A stretch of 60,784 nucleotides of DNA, filler included, from Circinaria calcarea (Eukaryota): NCBI GenBank assembly GCA_051942165.1. It is 14 parts of 14 records of this genome, joined end to end, with 100 filler letters (N's around TTAATTAATTAA, not from the genome) between each part and the next. Parts side by side here need not be neighbours in the genome. Positions count along the whole stretch, not along the records: positions 21,844 to 26,103 come from JAVECS010002392.1; positions 26,204 to 30,456 come from JAVECS010002393.1; positions 30,557 to 34,797 come from JAVECS010002394.1; positions 34,898 to 39,136 come from JAVECS010002395.1; 10 more parts are not named here. One strand, written 5' to 3'. Positions 24,942 through 39,236 of the stretch are shown piece by piece. The notes under the pieces were generated by a model. That model made no database searches. It was not told the DNA's origin and saw only the letters and a program-made list of their open reading frames with translations. Every line of letters starts with the position of its first letter. Positions within the stretch are counted from its first letter, which is position 1. A program made the position numbers and the translations under genes.

Positions 24942-26756
24942 CATCTCTACCTTTTCTGTTTGATGACGAGTATGATAGACAAGGGGGGGAGCTAAGTCCC
25001 AGATGGGAATTAAGTTTGTTAAGGAAAATGGAATCGAAATACAGATGCCCCAAACAATCGTCTGCTTGAAAGTTGTAATAACTATCATCCTGCCCACCAA
25101 CGACAGTCTAATCCCCTCTACCCACCCGAACCAGACACGACCCCCATGCCCATACACCCCAACCCCAACCTATATCCCCATGCCCATACCGCCTGAACCA
25201 GATATCTCCTGTCCCCTTTAGCTTGTCCTTTTAACTTCAAAAAACCAAACAACCCCCCCCGCCCCCTTTTTTTATTTTTATTTTATTTTCTAGACCAGAG
25301 GGCGCACACCGGCCAGTAGATAGAATCCCAACCTGACAACTACCTAATACTAACTACCTAACCCCTGCGCCTGGCCGACACACTACACTACCCTGACCCC
25401 CTTTTCATTCATACCCTAATCTCCAATCTCCAATCGCCAATCTCCAATCTCCAATCTCCACTTTATCCGTTTTGTATCCCCATTAAAACATACTTCCGAC
25501 TAAACCTAACGAACGAACTGGTTCTTGACTATGTATGATGTATGGTACGGCTTATGACTACGGGTATGACTATGAATTACGAATAGGGTTTACTGTTTAC
25601 TTAGTTATTTTAATATCCTATATGCCGACGCCTTTTAATTTTGTTTTTTTGGTGGGGGGGGGGGCGTGTTATGATATAATACATTTACTTTTCTGAGGGA
25701 TACTAAAACCGGGGTGTGTTGGGGCGATTGAATCTTTTATCCGATCCAACTGGGGAATTGTCGGACTTGTCGGACTTAAGCCTACAACGACCGTCGATAA
25801 AGAACTTCCAGTTGCGTTCATTTGTTAAAATCAGAAGAACGCCAAGGTTGTTACGACTGAAATTGCATAACCTAAATCAATATTTACTCATCAGTTTGGT
25901 GCCCTCTAGCGCCAAAGTGGTAAGGATTGATAGGTGACGTTCTAATTCCTGCTTTGTCTCGTCAAACTCATCCTTTTGTATATTTACCTCCCATTTTGTC
26001 CTGACTCCTGTCTACATTATTCCCCCAAAAGATCCCCACCCCCTTCCATTAAAATCGCCATGTCCACCTCTCCCCTAAACCTAATAAGGAACTTCACCCA
26101 CACNNNNNNNNNNNNNNNNNNNNNNNNNNNNNNNNNNNNNNNNNNNNTTAATTAATTAANNNNNNNNNNNNNNNNNNNNNNNNNNNNNNNNNNNNNNNNN
26201 NNNGATAGAGGGGAGATAGAGGGCAAGAGAGGAATCCCAAAAAAAAAAAAAAAGTTCCTGCGGGAAAAAAAATACGATAAATAGATAAATAGATTTTTCC
26301 TTTTTCCCTTTCATGGCCCGTAAGTATTTCTCAAAAATTTTCAAGTGCAAAGGAAAACCCCAAAGAAAGAAACGGTCAGAACCTTTTTTGTTTTAAAATA
26401 AATAACGCCACTAATTCTCTACAGCGTTATCACAGCCTATCCTATCCCATCCCATCCCAAGACCCAGGACACCTCCTTCCGGTTTAGCTTTCAACCACAT
26501 CCCCTCTTCCCCGAATGCGACCGAGAGAAAGCAAGAAGAAAATCGTTTGAAATTTCGGCAGAGAAAGATCAACGGTTCTTACCCCTTTCATCCCCTCTTC
26601 ATGGCCAAATAGCCTGGCCAAACTCCCCCCCCCCGGTTTTTGTTCGACATCCATTTGCTTATAAAGTTATATATACCCCGTTCTCCTGTAGTTATTACAG
26701 CTTCATCTCCTTTTCCTCTGCATCCAGCAAATCCTAGAACCCCATGTCCCTACCAC

Positions 26757-28678
26757 CTACTTGCAGAACCAAAGGCCCAAATACAAAGTCAGCATGCGCG
26801 GGAATCAACCCCGTCACCGGATCCCACTTCTCGTGCTCTATAACCCCGGCGTGCCACACCCCTGGTTCCCGCCCTTGACGATATCGTTCAGGATGCCCGC
26901 ATTCGCATATGGCGAGGGGTTCACGAATCCTAGACTGCCCTTGCGGATATCGAACCGCGCTTCGTTGTTCACTTTAATCACGGCGCCGAAGTCGGTGAGG
27001 AAGCAGAGGTGCCGTAGATATGCTGTTTGTAGCCTCTATCAAGAGCGACGACGTATTTGGCGCCCATTGGCCGACACGTCCGGGAATCCGCGCGTCTGCT
27101 GCGAATTGTTGAAGCGGTCGGCGCCGTAGGACGGGGGATATCTCGGAACCAGCCTTTTACGGCGGCGGATTGGTAGGCTGGCAGGGGGAAGACATTGGAG
27201 AAGCCGCCGTCAGAGTAATAACCGTTTCGCAAGCTTCTTTGGGCACTGCGACGGATGCGTTGGGGCGGATCTGATTGTCTCCGATGGAGAGAACAAAAGG
27301 ACAGGTACCTGGAAAGGAAAGATGAAAGATCCCAGAGGTTCCGTCGTTGGATGCGCCTGTAGTGGAGTCAATACATTGGTCACGGTTGCCTGCGACGCCG
27401 TAGTCGGAGGAGGAATAGAAAAATGTAGTGTCGGCGAGATCTATTTTGGAGTGTTAGTCGTACTGACGGATCTCGTACCCGGGGGGGGGGGGTTCATGCT
27501 CGTTGTAAGCGTAGGATTTGGAGATGACTTTAGTAGCGGAGCAGCCACCGCAGTTCTCGGGACCCGTGTAACCGCCTGGAAGAGGGTCGGAATAGGACGC
27601 ATCAAAGGCTTTGTCGTCGCCTGGGCAATAAGAAGCGTCGAGGACATCGATAAAGTTATTAAAGGAAGTAAAATATTGTTCCGGAATGCCACCGACTTGA
27701 TACAGCGTCACTTGGATGGGATTGACAAGCGCCATGGGGTATTCCAGATCAAAATCTCACTCAGCATTGAGATTGAGATTTCGAGTTTCGGACATAAATC
27801 CCCCGTCGACCGAGTCGAGAACTGGTCACTTCTGCACTTGAAACTTGGAATCATTACCAAAGAGGAAATCGAAATGGGTGCCAATGTAAGATTGTGGAGG
27901 ATATTCGACTATGCCATAGCTGTTCTTGGATTGGTGATTGGCACAGTGAATGGAATTCCGTAGAGGGCTCGCAGGCAGAGTGGAGTCACGTTATTGCTGC
28001 TGTCCTCGAGTTAGTTGCGAATGCCACCGCCTCCAAAAAAGAAGAGCTTCGGTATGGATCCAGGAAGATAGAAACCAAGACTAGATACCGACTTGCCTGT
28101 ACGCTTCTCCTTATCCTTACCCGGGAGTTGCGGAGATAAGATCGTGGTATCAAAGTGAACAGTACGCGTGATGAAATCGATGTGCGGTTGTACATGCTCT
28201 GGAACATGATAATCGGTGCAGGCAACCTGTCCCTGACCACTCTCGTGTTTGTACATGGAACATTCGGTTTTAAAAGACTTTAGTCTCGTTCACAGTAACA
28301 TCGAAGTGTAACCAGCCAATTGACTAAGATTTGCTAGTCCACTCACCAGGAATACCGGCAGACGTCAGCCAATGTTGAACGACTGCGATGGTCTCGTGAC
28401 TCGGGGCGAAGGCTTCTACGATCGACTTGTGCGACCAGTGTTAGTCAGACTTTTCGGAATTGGGGTGGGAGTCTTCTATAAGAAAGTCTTCAAAGTTTGT
28501 CCATGTTACCCTCCTTCAAGGCAATCTTCCTGGGCAGCAAGCGCTTGACGCTCACCTCAGAGTACTTCGTCCATCCATAAGAGATCACGTCACGTTTCTC
28601 GTATCGAACATGCTTGAGGGAGGGAACAGCTGTAGTTATAGCAGCAAGAGCCAGGAGGATGACAAGGGAACAACGCAT
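26757..28678 (-). pseudogene. Sedolisin/tripeptidyl-peptidase (peptidase S53) pseudogene
   Basis: Signal peptide MRCSLVILLALAAITTAVP; prodomain AFAPSHETIAVVQHWL and YHVPEHVQPHIDFI; LDASYC; GGFSNVFPLPAYQ; catalytic-Ser region GTSASSPT; WDPVTG. Broken by several frameshifts and in-frame stops. Confidence 0.85.
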
Positions 28679-29963
28679 GGCGAAGGGCCAATTAATCTCA
28701 GTATAAAAATAGAGTTCTATACAGACAGCAACTGGTATGCAACCTTTATGAACGAAATGATTCGAAAACTAAACGTACGGCCTCACCGCCCTTGCTCATG
28801 AACTTGGTACGGAAAACAGTCTCCTCTTACCGTCCAAAGTAGTTGAGATAAACGTTACACTCCGATCACTTACGACCTCCCCACGACGAACACATGGGCT
28901 TCTTGTACTTCTCCCTCAACCATGCGTGCAGTACCCCTAGCCTAGCTTAGCCCAACGATCAAAGAGATAAAAGCCTACCGGCTCTAGGAGGAAGGCGAGC
29001 GACATATCTCTCTCGTAGAGTACCTACGTACAGAACCTTGGTTGTACGAGTAGGAAGCTCTAGACCTACATCTACGCAGCAGCAGCAGCGGCAGCACTCC
29101 CTACTCCTTATACTAGCAGCTCAAAGTAGCCATGACTTGCCGACGATTAAAAGCGTGGGTCAATCAGGTAGATACTGTACTGTGTTCCTTGTCACTGGCA
29201 TAGCAAACCGTAGCTTGAAAGTCTGATTGGTGAGTTTGATCCGGAGCCTGTACATAGAAGCAGCATGAGCAGATTAGATGGCTCGATATTATTCCTCCAA
29301 AGAAGATAGGTGATATCAGGTCGGGGCGTTCCCTGCCTGTGCCGTTCGGATGAGGTCGAGTTTCTACAAGTCTATTATCATAGACGGCGGCATGGACAGC
29401 AGCTGCCTTTCTCGCTGCACGGCAAACAATACGCCAGCCAGCTGTTCAACTGTTGGCTTCGGAAGTCTCCATTTTGGGAGGAGGAGAATCGAAAGAGGGT
29501 ACGGAGTAGCAGACACTGATCTCCTAGTCCGTAATTCGAGGAGAGCGAACCCCAGACGTACATAGCAATACTCTCATCTACGAGCGTGCTGCATCATAGA
29601 AAGAAATTCAGTGCATACATCAATTCTCTAGATATTCCTCTCAAGTCATCTATCCTACAGAAGATGCCATCCAAGCCAAATGATAGTCGATGTCAACGTT
29701 CGACTCGGATGAAACATGTGTACAGCAACGGTGACGCCCCTGTGCTCAATGGACAGATGCCACCTAAATATCAATGTAACGCATCACGGGCTCTCCACGG
29801 ACAGGGCAGCCATCCAAACAGAGCGATAAGAACAAGCCCAGGCGAAACGCCCAGCAAGCATATAACCTCCCTATTCCTTTTGCCATGGTATCAAATGATC
29901 AAAACAAATCAGTGAGCGCCAATATTCCCGACCAGAGCCTTGTCATCAAAGACCCGCTCATAC

Positions 29964-30456
29964 TTACATCCCATTCATTCCGTTCATACCGTTCATGCCC
30001 AACCCCTGTCCCATCATTCCTCCATTCATCATCGCCTGCTGCTGCTGCTGCTGCTGCTGCCCCATCAACATCTGTTGATGCTGCTGTTGCTGTTGCTGCT
30101 GTCGCTGTAGCTGGGGTTGTTGCTGCTGAGGTTGTGCTTGCGGCCCGAAAAATCCTTTCTGCTTTAGCAAGATCGTCGCTTGTTGTCTCGCTTGCACCTT
30201 GAGCTGCTCTACAACATGGTTCGGTATCTGTCCTCTATACCGCGCTTGCGCCTGCTGAAACCCGCGTTGGAATATATCTTTCTGTGTTCGGAGGAACACA
30301 GCCTGGATTCGCTGTTGTTGTTGTTGTTGTTGTTGCTGCGGAGACAATTGCTGCTGTCCTGCGTGCTGCTGTTGCATAGCCATGTTGGAGGAGCCAAGGT
30401 GAGGGGTACCGTTAGCGTTACCACCACTTACCGACTGATGGCTGAGGGTTTGCAGT
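29964..30456 (-). CDS. Gln-rich C-terminus of a nuclear protein (possibly Spt20-like), 5'-truncated
   Basis: Frame open to the contig edge. CAG/CAA polyQ tracts; ends GMNGMNGMNGM*. The identity is a guess. Confidence 0.6.
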
Positions 30457-30556
30457 NNNNNNNNNNNNNNNNNNNNNNNNNNNNNNNNNNNNNNNNNNNN
30501 TTAATTAATTAANNNNNNNNNNNNNNNNNNNNNNNNNNNNNNNNNNNNNNNNNNNN

Positions 30557-32757
30557 TTGCAGAGCTGGGAGCATTGCTGTCGGAACTTGGGGAAGAACAA
30601 TTGAGCAAGAGAAGGAGTTCTGTACCGCGCAATGATCTAGTCGAAGATCAAGCTCCAAAGAAGTCTCCGAACCAGAGAAATTGGAAGAATGCCTTGACGC
30701 TGTCAGGCGCAGCTGGGGGTGAAGATAATCGGCTACCACCCATATTGGAGGACAAATACTATCCACGAAAAACCCTAGAGTATGACGCATATCCCTGGCA
30801 TGCTATTAACGAAGTCACTACATACTGAGACACATACAGTGCGGAGGAATTACTGGGTATCTTGTCGCCCCCCGACAATTCGGCAGATTCACCAGATCTC
30901 GGTCCTCCACCGGTTGCGCATTTCGAAGAAGGGGACCCCATCAAGTATGACACAATTACAAAGGTGCAGGAAAGTGACAGTGTGACGAGTTTTCCAGTGG
31001 AGACATCTTTTTCAAATCTAGAGACTAGGAAGAAACGGAGAGAAAGTTCCTACACGAGAGAAGTGAACCGCCCAAATGACCCGGATCCAAGCAACGTGTC
31101 CGTAAACCAGCCAATCCTGAACAGCATCCTAGGTCAACCACTCAAATCAGGAGCAAAGCGAAAGTTTAGTACAAGAGATGAGGAAAAGCGCGATGAACCT
31201 TCTATACCTACTATGACAGATGGCTTTCGGTTCAGTCGTCGCAATGAAGGTACGAGTGATGGATATCACGATGCATCCAAGCCGGAACAGCGTATCGACG
31301 ATGCTGTACATTGCAGTAGGACAGCCCAGGATATATTGGAAGCTCGTTCATCTTCATCAGACAAACCATCTGAGACAATCAAGAACTTTCCGGCAGTAAG
31401 ACGAGCATTGGGAGAAAGTATGAGATCCTAGATATCATGTGGATGATTCAAGCTAACGTAATTGACAGAGAGCGTAAATACAGATCCCGTCGTCTCTCCC
31501 GCCAAACCCACGAGGGCCAGTCTGGAGGACAGGCTTGCCGATCTTAAAAAGGATAAACCCAAGAAACCTCGAGATCGCGATCGAACTCGTGACAAAGCTC
31601 CGGTACTCAAGATACTGCAACCTAGCCAAGAGCAGTCGGAACCAAAGTTTGCCTCTATTGAACCTACTACCGACTGTGTGAAAGATGAGCCGGAAACACC
31701 TGCCCAACCAGACATAAATTCCTTTCCACCCATCTCTACTGCTCCTTCAGCTCCTCGTCCAAATTCTCGTGATACTCCTACCCCTTCAGACCTTCAAGCA
31801 GACCCTTCTGCTACGGCGGGCCGCACTACACGTCGCCCTCGTAGTAGTGTTAGTTATGCAGAGCCGAATCTAAGAGACAAGATGCGTCGACCAACCAAAG
31901 AGCTCGTTGATGCCGTAGGCGGTGATGAGCGAAGCCAACGTGCAACAAGCGTCAAGCTTGAGAACGGGAGAGACAAGGACCAAGATGTTGTTTTTGATCG
32001 AATGGTTGAGAAGGAAAAAGGGAAGATGAGGACTGTGATCATCAAGAAAGAAGACGGTACAGCGGAAAGTACGGCTTGGAAGTCTTTACCTCAAGTTGGA
32101 AAAGAGAGTGATAGAGCCGAGCCCGTGAGTCCGCTAGCGATGAAGGCTGGTAGTGGCTGCGTGACAGCTTTACCTTCTAGCATCCTAACGGAGAGGAAAA
32201 AGCGGGTACCAACAGCACCACCTGAAATAGAGAACCAAGCCGACGACCGTCCGCATATTCCAGCCTCCACATCAGGATCTGCCACCGCAATTGCCGCTCT
32301 CGTCGCAGGTAGCAACCGTAGACCATCCCGCAATCCCGACCCTCCACCAGCAGAAGCACAAGAACCGGAGATTCTGGACTTTTCAATCCATAATCCCGGA
32401 TTCAAAGCCCAACTGGGCCTTGACGTCTACGATTTCCACGACTCCTCCCCCATTGACGTGGCCGCAGCTTCAAAGGAAGTCAAGTCCCTAGCGGCCAAAG
32501 CCGCAAAGTCCTCGAGACGATACTCTAGCGTGCCTGACGCGTTGGGGAAGAATGATGTTCGGAGTTCTGCCGCCGAGGGGGGAAAGGTTACGAATGCCAC
32601 TGCAGCGAGTATGGGGTCGAAGAGTACAACCAGTCGACGGGCGGTTGGGCATGATAATGGGCCCGCTGCTGCGGCAGTCAAAGAACAGGGCAAAGGAGAT
32701 ACGATGATGGGGCGGGCGGAGAGGGCGGCGGGGCGGAGGAGGAGTATGATCATTTGA
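30557..32757 (+). CDS. SGO1: Shugoshin, 5'-truncated
   Basis: SGO C-terminal motif RRPRSSVSYAEPNLRDKMRRP. Introns at 30780-30839 and 31418-31468; ends RRRSMII*. Confidence 0.88.
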
Positions 32758-32891
32758 AAGTCCGGGTCGGGTCGAGGAGATTTTTGGCATTCTCTTTTGC
32801 GTGTCCACGTTCTTGGTTGGGTTTCATCCGCTCTTTTTGGCCCAGGGGCCGATTCTGTTCCGGTGGTGGTGCTGGGAAATATCCGCGTTGA

Positions 32892-33029
32892 GGATTGGAT
32901 TGGATTGGATTGGATTGGATCGGGATGGCATAGGAATAGGAATAGGATTGTGGGACAAGGATAGCTAGCGAAAGTGTAGGACGAAAGAAAGTAGATTGGG
33001 CTTTGGCTTTGGCTTTGGCTTTGGCTTTT
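32892..33029. repeat. Microsatellites (GGATT)n and (GGCTTT)n downstream of shugoshin
   Basis: Direct reading: about 5-6 GGATT units near 32892-32920 and 5 GGCTTT units near 32999-33029. Confidence 0.85.
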
Positions 33030-34897
33030 GACCAATTAGGTTGGTTGGGGTGGGTTGGGTGGGGTTGGGGGAAATGGAACTTTTTGGTTTTGACAAACTC
33101 GAACTATTTCTTTCCCGATCTCTCCCGTTCGCGCGCTTGAGATGGGACAGGCTTGCTTGGTGATAAGTAAGGTATTTTGCGTAGAACTAAAGGATCTAAA
33201 AGGTGTCTAGTCTATTTAGGCAAGCAAGACACTTTTTTGATGGTCGCTTCGGCTATCTCTATCTCTATGTGGGTGGGGAAATTTGCTAATTATGTTTTCC
33301 CCCCTACCTATTCTTGAAATGCTGTTCTGTTCCTATTGTCCAATCAAGCTTGACATTTGTTTGCCCCGCATACCATACAAAGCTACGAAAGCCTTGACTG
33401 GATCGAAGCAGAACAGCAGCATATCATGAAGCGTGATAGATAGGATAGACTTCCCCCCGGGTTAAGAACCGACATGATAACAGCAATTAGAGTCTTGGGC
33501 TACACCTTATGGTACCCGTTGTGCTTGGCAGGAGCGGCAACTGGAAAAGTTGATCTAGCGTAAGCGGAAAGGATTGCAGTTCTGAACTAGGATAAAAGGG
33601 TTAAGATGAGGAATGCAGTACCTTATCCCCTTTCGAGTACTGTACTCCAGTACCTGCCAAGCTGCAGGGAACGAATCCGGTGAGCTCGTGCGACCGGTAG
33701 TGGAGGACGTGTTTACAAACGGATGATTGTACAGGACGGTCTCATGGACGGGGAGACGATGAGGTCCCTGATTACGCTTGATGTTGCATTCGGCGAGGCC
33801 TGAGTGTCTGGAGCTTCGGGATGACTGGCGACCATCACTTACGATAACGCGTTAGCACGAGTACTCTAATATACTTTTGGTCCGCATGCGATTGGCAGTC
33901 TTGAGCTTGCCGTCAGTGGGATCGAAAGGTTTGATGCTGGTAAAGCCAAAGTATAATAGCGGCAGTAACGGCATACTTGCTTTGAGGTATGAGGCATATA
34001 ATTGCTTTGTACCGACGTAACACCGGATGCGTGCGCGTTTGAGATTTGGTATTTCAAGGGATCCACGTATTTAAAGCTAGACTTGTAGATTGTGAGTGAT
34101 GCATGGAGTGGATACCACCGAGTGGCTCAGTAGAAAACCGCCAGCCGGAATTTCGACCATGGGATCACTGAACGATTGCTGGCATACTTACCTGCAATGC
34201 AACGCTGAACCTTCATGCTCTCGAGCAATGATGCTATCCGGCATATCCGCCATTGCACATGATATTGCATCACAATGCCAGAAGATCGGAGCAACCGTCG
34301 ATCGGCCCGGTCCGTTTTCGATGCTTGGTTCACAGCTTCTCTTCCTTCGATCGTATACGATGGCGGTTATCAGGCAGGCGAGGATTGCAGAATCGGAATC
34401 AAAAGGTCAGAGGCAGTTGTGCTACTATGAGTGGTGTAACATAGCTTTCGCTCGAAGTATACGATCACTGGCGCGAGTAACGGATTGGCCTTTGAGGAAT
34501 GGCGAGGGAATTCCGAACCTCAATGCAGGGCTGTTAACTTGCGCCTGTGTGAAACGTTGACGACGGGATGCAAAGACCTGAGATGCAGAGTCGGAATGCG
34601 CAAACGGTGCAAAGTTCTCGAGACGGAAAACAACCAATCGGGAGACCCAAAGGCTGACCGTGTCTTCGGTTCCATGCATCCAACGTGTCCATGTGTCCAT
34701 CGAACAAGCGGAGGAGCAGATGCAGCCTCGGGTAGAACCGGCTCGACCGTACAGGAAGATCTTCTGCAGTCGAAGACCTTCTTCTGAAAAGAAAAGANNN
34801 NNNNNNNNNNNNNNNNNNNNNNNNNNNNNNNNNNNNNNNNNTTAATTAATTAANNNNNNNNNNNNNNNNNNNNNNNNNNNNNNNNNNNNNNNNNNNN

Positions 34898-35883
34898 CAG
34901 CGCTGCCTTTCATAAACGGCGGGCTCGCTGGCATGGCGGCGACAACCCTCATCCAGCCGATTGACATGATAAAAGTCCGCCTCCAACTATCCGGCGAGGG
35001 TCTCTCCACTGGCCCACGGCCATCTGCCCTTGCCATAACCCGCTCCATCATCACCTCGGGTCGCTTCCTAGATCTCTACACCGGCCTCTCCGCCGGTCTC
35101 CTTCGTCAAGCCGTCTACACGACCGCACGCTTAGGGTTCTTTGACACCTTCATGGCAACGTTAAAAAGGAGGGCTGCAGAGCAAGGCAAAGAGATCGGCT
35201 TCCGGGAACGTGCCTTGGCTGGACTGAGCGCAGGAGGCTTGGCCGCTATGGTAGGAAATCCAGCGGATTTGGCTCTGATCCGGATGCAGAGCGACGGGCT
35301 TAAGCCAGCAGCGCAGCGCGCTCAGTATCGCAGCGTCGTTGACGCTCTAGTCCGCATCTCCCGCTCCGAAGGCATAACCAGTTTGTGGGCTGGCGCCCTG
35401 CCCACTATCGCTAGAGCCATGGCCCTAAATTTCGGCCAACTCGCATTCTTTTCGGAGGCCAAGACACAGCTGAAATCTCGGACGCAGCTATCTCCCCACA
35501 CGCAAACACTGACAGCTAGTGCCATCGCCGGCTTCTTCGCCAGCTTCTTCAGTTTGCCATTTGATTTCGTGAAGACACGGTTGCAGAAACAGACGAGGGG
35601 GCCGGATGGGAGTATGCAGTACAAGGGTATGGTGGATTGTTTCCGGAAAGTGGCGACGCAGGAAGGGCTGCTGAGGTTTTACCGCGGATTTGGGACTTAT
35701 TATGTTCGGATTGCGCCGCATGCGTGAGTTCAATTTTCCGGTTTCCCCTCTCCAACTTACTTTCCCTTTTTCTTAATTTCCAACATTCGTGTCTCCGGGT
35801 GCTTGGCCTGGTAGCTGATTGCGACGGTGGATAGGATGGTCACTTTGATCGTGGCCGATTACCTGGGCTGGATCACAAAGTAA
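34898..35883 (+). CDS. Mitochondrial 2-oxoglutarate/malate (dicarboxylate) carrier, 5'-truncated
   Basis: Three carrier signature motifs: QPIDMIKVRLQ, NPADLALIRMQ, LPFDFVKTRLQ. Intron 35724-35834; last exon MVTLIVADYLGWITK*. Confidence 0.92.
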
Positions 35884-36173
35884 AATAAGAGGCTGTATCC
35901 TTGGGTGGAGTAGGGACTTGTGAGAATTCGGATCTGATTCAAGGATGAACCTGGACATCGGACTTTGCTGATGAGAGCGAATCGACATGCGAGAATCTTT
36001 CTTCTTGTCAATTATTACTGAAACATAGCGTAACGGGGTATATCATTTGCTCGAACTAGCACCTAGAGAGAGAGAGAGAGTAGCCTGTTTGAAGAAATAG
36101 CATTAGATACTGCTTCACTAAACAGACCTGCCAAGACCATATCCCATACCTTCATTCCCCTACATGTACACCT

Positions 36174-37821
36174 TCATCCTCCTCCCTCCTCATAATCACC
36201 CTCCCCCTCCTCTTCCTCGCCCAAATCCACAATCACCGCCGCCGAACTCGTCGGTGGTCTGTTCTCCTCTTCCTCCTCTTCCTCCCCATAATCTCCGGGA
36301 ACCTGCGTCCCCGGAATCATACTTACCTCCCTCGCCATCGAGCTCGCCACTCTCTCCGCCTTCACCCGCGGTGCCTCGGACCTCGCTCTCTTGATCGCGT
36401 TTGAGCGCAACGAGGCATTGTTGTTGTCGTCGCCGCTGTCAATGTCTTCGGCTTGCTGCCTTTGCGTGGCGGCACCGCGGGCGGGATTGTGGGAGCGCAA
36501 GTCGTCGTCCGAGGAGGAGGCGCCGTCGTCTTGCATGCTTTGGGCGGCTTGGATACGTTTGATTTTGCGGACGAGGACGGGGTCGGTGTGCAGATCGAAG
36601 GCGGTAAGCATCTGTTTGGGTGTGGTTAATTGTTGCTTTCCGCAGTGCGAGAAAAGGTTTTGGATAGGGTTGGTCAGGTTGAGATGGGCGGTTATTGACT
36701 TACCACTTCGCAAACGGGACATTTCATCGCTTGCTCCCCATCCAAAACTCCTCTCCGGTTTGTGCCTCCTATCCTGGCTCCACTCCTTGATATCATATCC
36801 AGGATCGCGCTTTTTTCGAAACTGTGCGGGCATTTCTTGCTTGTGACGGGGTCTTGCATAGGGAGAAGGGTGATGGGGCATTTGATACTGATACGCTCGG
36901 ACGCGACCTCGAGGTCGGATTCATCGTCCCCGGCTGCGGTTTGACGCGTAACGCGGGGGTTTTCAGTGTTTGCAGGGCGAGCGGAGGCGGGGAACCAGGT
37001 CGAGGCGTGGGGCAGGAGAGGAGCGTCGTCGCCTGGGTAGGTGGCGTCGTGGAGGATCTTTTTGAAACCGATGTAGTCATTGTGGGTTGCGTAGCTGGAG
37101 GGACATAAATGCGTTAGTCCCTAAGGTTTGAGAAGCAGGTCTCTGTATGGATATAGACATACCGAGCACGTAATGGCAAACTGCTGTACCTAGCTTCATG
37201 TTCTTGGAGTTTCCTCTTCAACAACCTGCCTGGCCCTGTGTTCTCTGCGCCTTGTGATTGACTCGTCTCTTCGTCCTCTGCACTGTCGTCATCGAGATCT
37301 CCGCCTCTCCTCCGCTGTCGCTGACGAAACTGGCTGGCGCCTAGAGTACTTTGAGTTGCGGCCACGGCGCCCCCGCCGGCAGCAACGTTGGCGTGAATTT
37401 CAGACAACGCCTCTTCCGTTGCCTCCACGGCTGCTCGGGCATCTATTATATTCCTAATTCCCTCCTCCATGCCGTCGGTTAGGGTTTGCACCCTCTGTCG
37501 CATCTCGTCAATGGCTCTTTCTCCTTCCTCATCCTCATCGAGTCCTTGCTGTGCTAGCCTAGCTCTACGTCTTTGCTGGAACGCAGCTTTCCGTTGGTAG
37601 CGATCAGTAATCTCAGCGGCGCATTCTGAAAGCTGTTTGTTTGCTTCGTTGAGCCGTTCTTTGAGCTTTTTGAGACTATGGGTCTGTGGGAGAGTTTGGA
37701 AGGCGCGTTGGGCCGCGTCGTTCAGCGGATGGGACTGTGGCTGGTAGGCCGGAAGCGGTCTAGGTTCACGGAGTGGTCTATTCGATTCACCAGACTCCCG
37801 TGGTCTCGAAGATGGAGCCAT
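36174..37821 (-). CDS. NSE2: Smc5/6 SUMO E3 ligase Nse2/Mms21
   Basis: Introns 37095-37162 and 36612-36703. N-terminal coiled coil, YATHNDYIGFKKILHDA, SP-RING KCPITLLPMQDPVTSKKCPHSFEKSAI...KCPVCE. Confidence 0.88.
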
Positions 37822-38076
37822 TATTAATTAGGTATGGAAGTTTGTCTTCTTCAGCCCTTAATCAACCAAATAATGTGGTCAATCAAGAACGCGATTAGGT
37901 AGCCGGAAATGGCTCCGTTAGATGACGCGCTAGAAGCGAATAACCGAGATAACCGAGAGTTAGTCGCTTTAGTCCCCAGGGCCCCCAGCCATTCAACCTG
38001 ACTCTGTTTCCAGGCGTTGACATAACATCTTTATTCCCCATCATACAAAGCAACCTCTCGCTTTACATAATCCGGA

Positions 38077-39136
38077 ATGCCACGCACTAGCCACAGAAGT
38101 TCTTCTGCTCTATGTATTGAACTCGACAAAGCCCAGCCGACACACTTCCCTGGTGACACTTTAGAGGGTTATGTTACGTGCGACAACACATCCTCTGACC
38201 GGCAATCCCAATACTCCGCTGTACGGCTGAAACTGTTCGGTCGAGCCAAAACCAAATACATGGTCAAGACGAGCGACGGAACTTCCATTGAGCGAGGACG
38301 TGCAGTGTTTTTCGAGGAACAGCGGACTTTGTCCAAGGGTCCTATCTGTAAAGATGGCCAGCACGCGTGGCCCTTCTCAATCACCATTCCAAAGACATCG
38401 ACTCCTGGATTTGCAATACGAGGTGACGAATTCAAGCCAAATTGGGGCTACTTGTCAACTACAGACGACACAAGTTCTAGACAGATAATTGATGTGACCC
38501 AGCATGCTTTACCTTCCAATATGTACTACTTCAGTAAATCTGCAATGTCGGGTAAAACCGTTGAGGCATATATTGAATATGCCCTCACCGCGGAGTCGGG
38601 AAAGACGAAAGCCTGTCTTCCACTCTATATACGGCAGCGCTCCGTTCAGAGTCCAATCACCAATTACAAAATGCAATCACTATCATCTCCACAAGTAATC
38701 AAAACTCCAAAACTGCTGTCTGAATATGCCGATCGACCTTTGACATTCCGGCAGAAGTCTAGAATGGTCTTTCGCCCTTCAAAGACCCCAAAATATGCTT
38801 ATACCGTGCAAGTGGAATTTCCCACTGTTATTCAACTTGAACATCCGGATCCAATTCCTTTGAAAATATCTCTCATTCCAGACCTGAATCCAGAGAAGAC
38901 CACAATCTGCCCAGACAAGGACATCAGTAGTTTGCCACCTGTCCAAGTCCTTTCAGTGGAGATGAAACTGAAGGGTGACGTTAACATTCGCTGTCCAGGG
39001 ATTTTCTGGGATTCAAGCACTGAGAAGAACCACACCTTTGATTTCCCGTTCCGGAAGTATTTCAGGCCTGTGGTAGTTCCGGTCATTCAACCAGCAGACT
39101 CAAAGCATGTCATTTCCGTACCTGAACGTCAAACAG
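38077..39136 (+). CDS. Fungal arrestin-like N-domain protein, 3'-truncated
   Basis: FPGDTLEGYV, LKLFGRAKTK, WPFSITIP, LPSNMYY, EAYIEYAL match arrestin-N-like fungal proteins. Divergent from NSE2. Confidence 0.7.
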
Positions 39137-39236
39137 NNNNNNNNNNNNNNNNNNNNNNNNNNNNNNNNNNNNNNNNNNNNTTAATTAATTAANNNNNNNN
39201 NNNNNNNNNNNNNNNNNNNNNNNNNNNNNNNNNNNN

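Noticed and set aside
27322..27963. 213-aa plus-strand ORF
   Set aside because: Antisense shadow of the S53 pseudogene.
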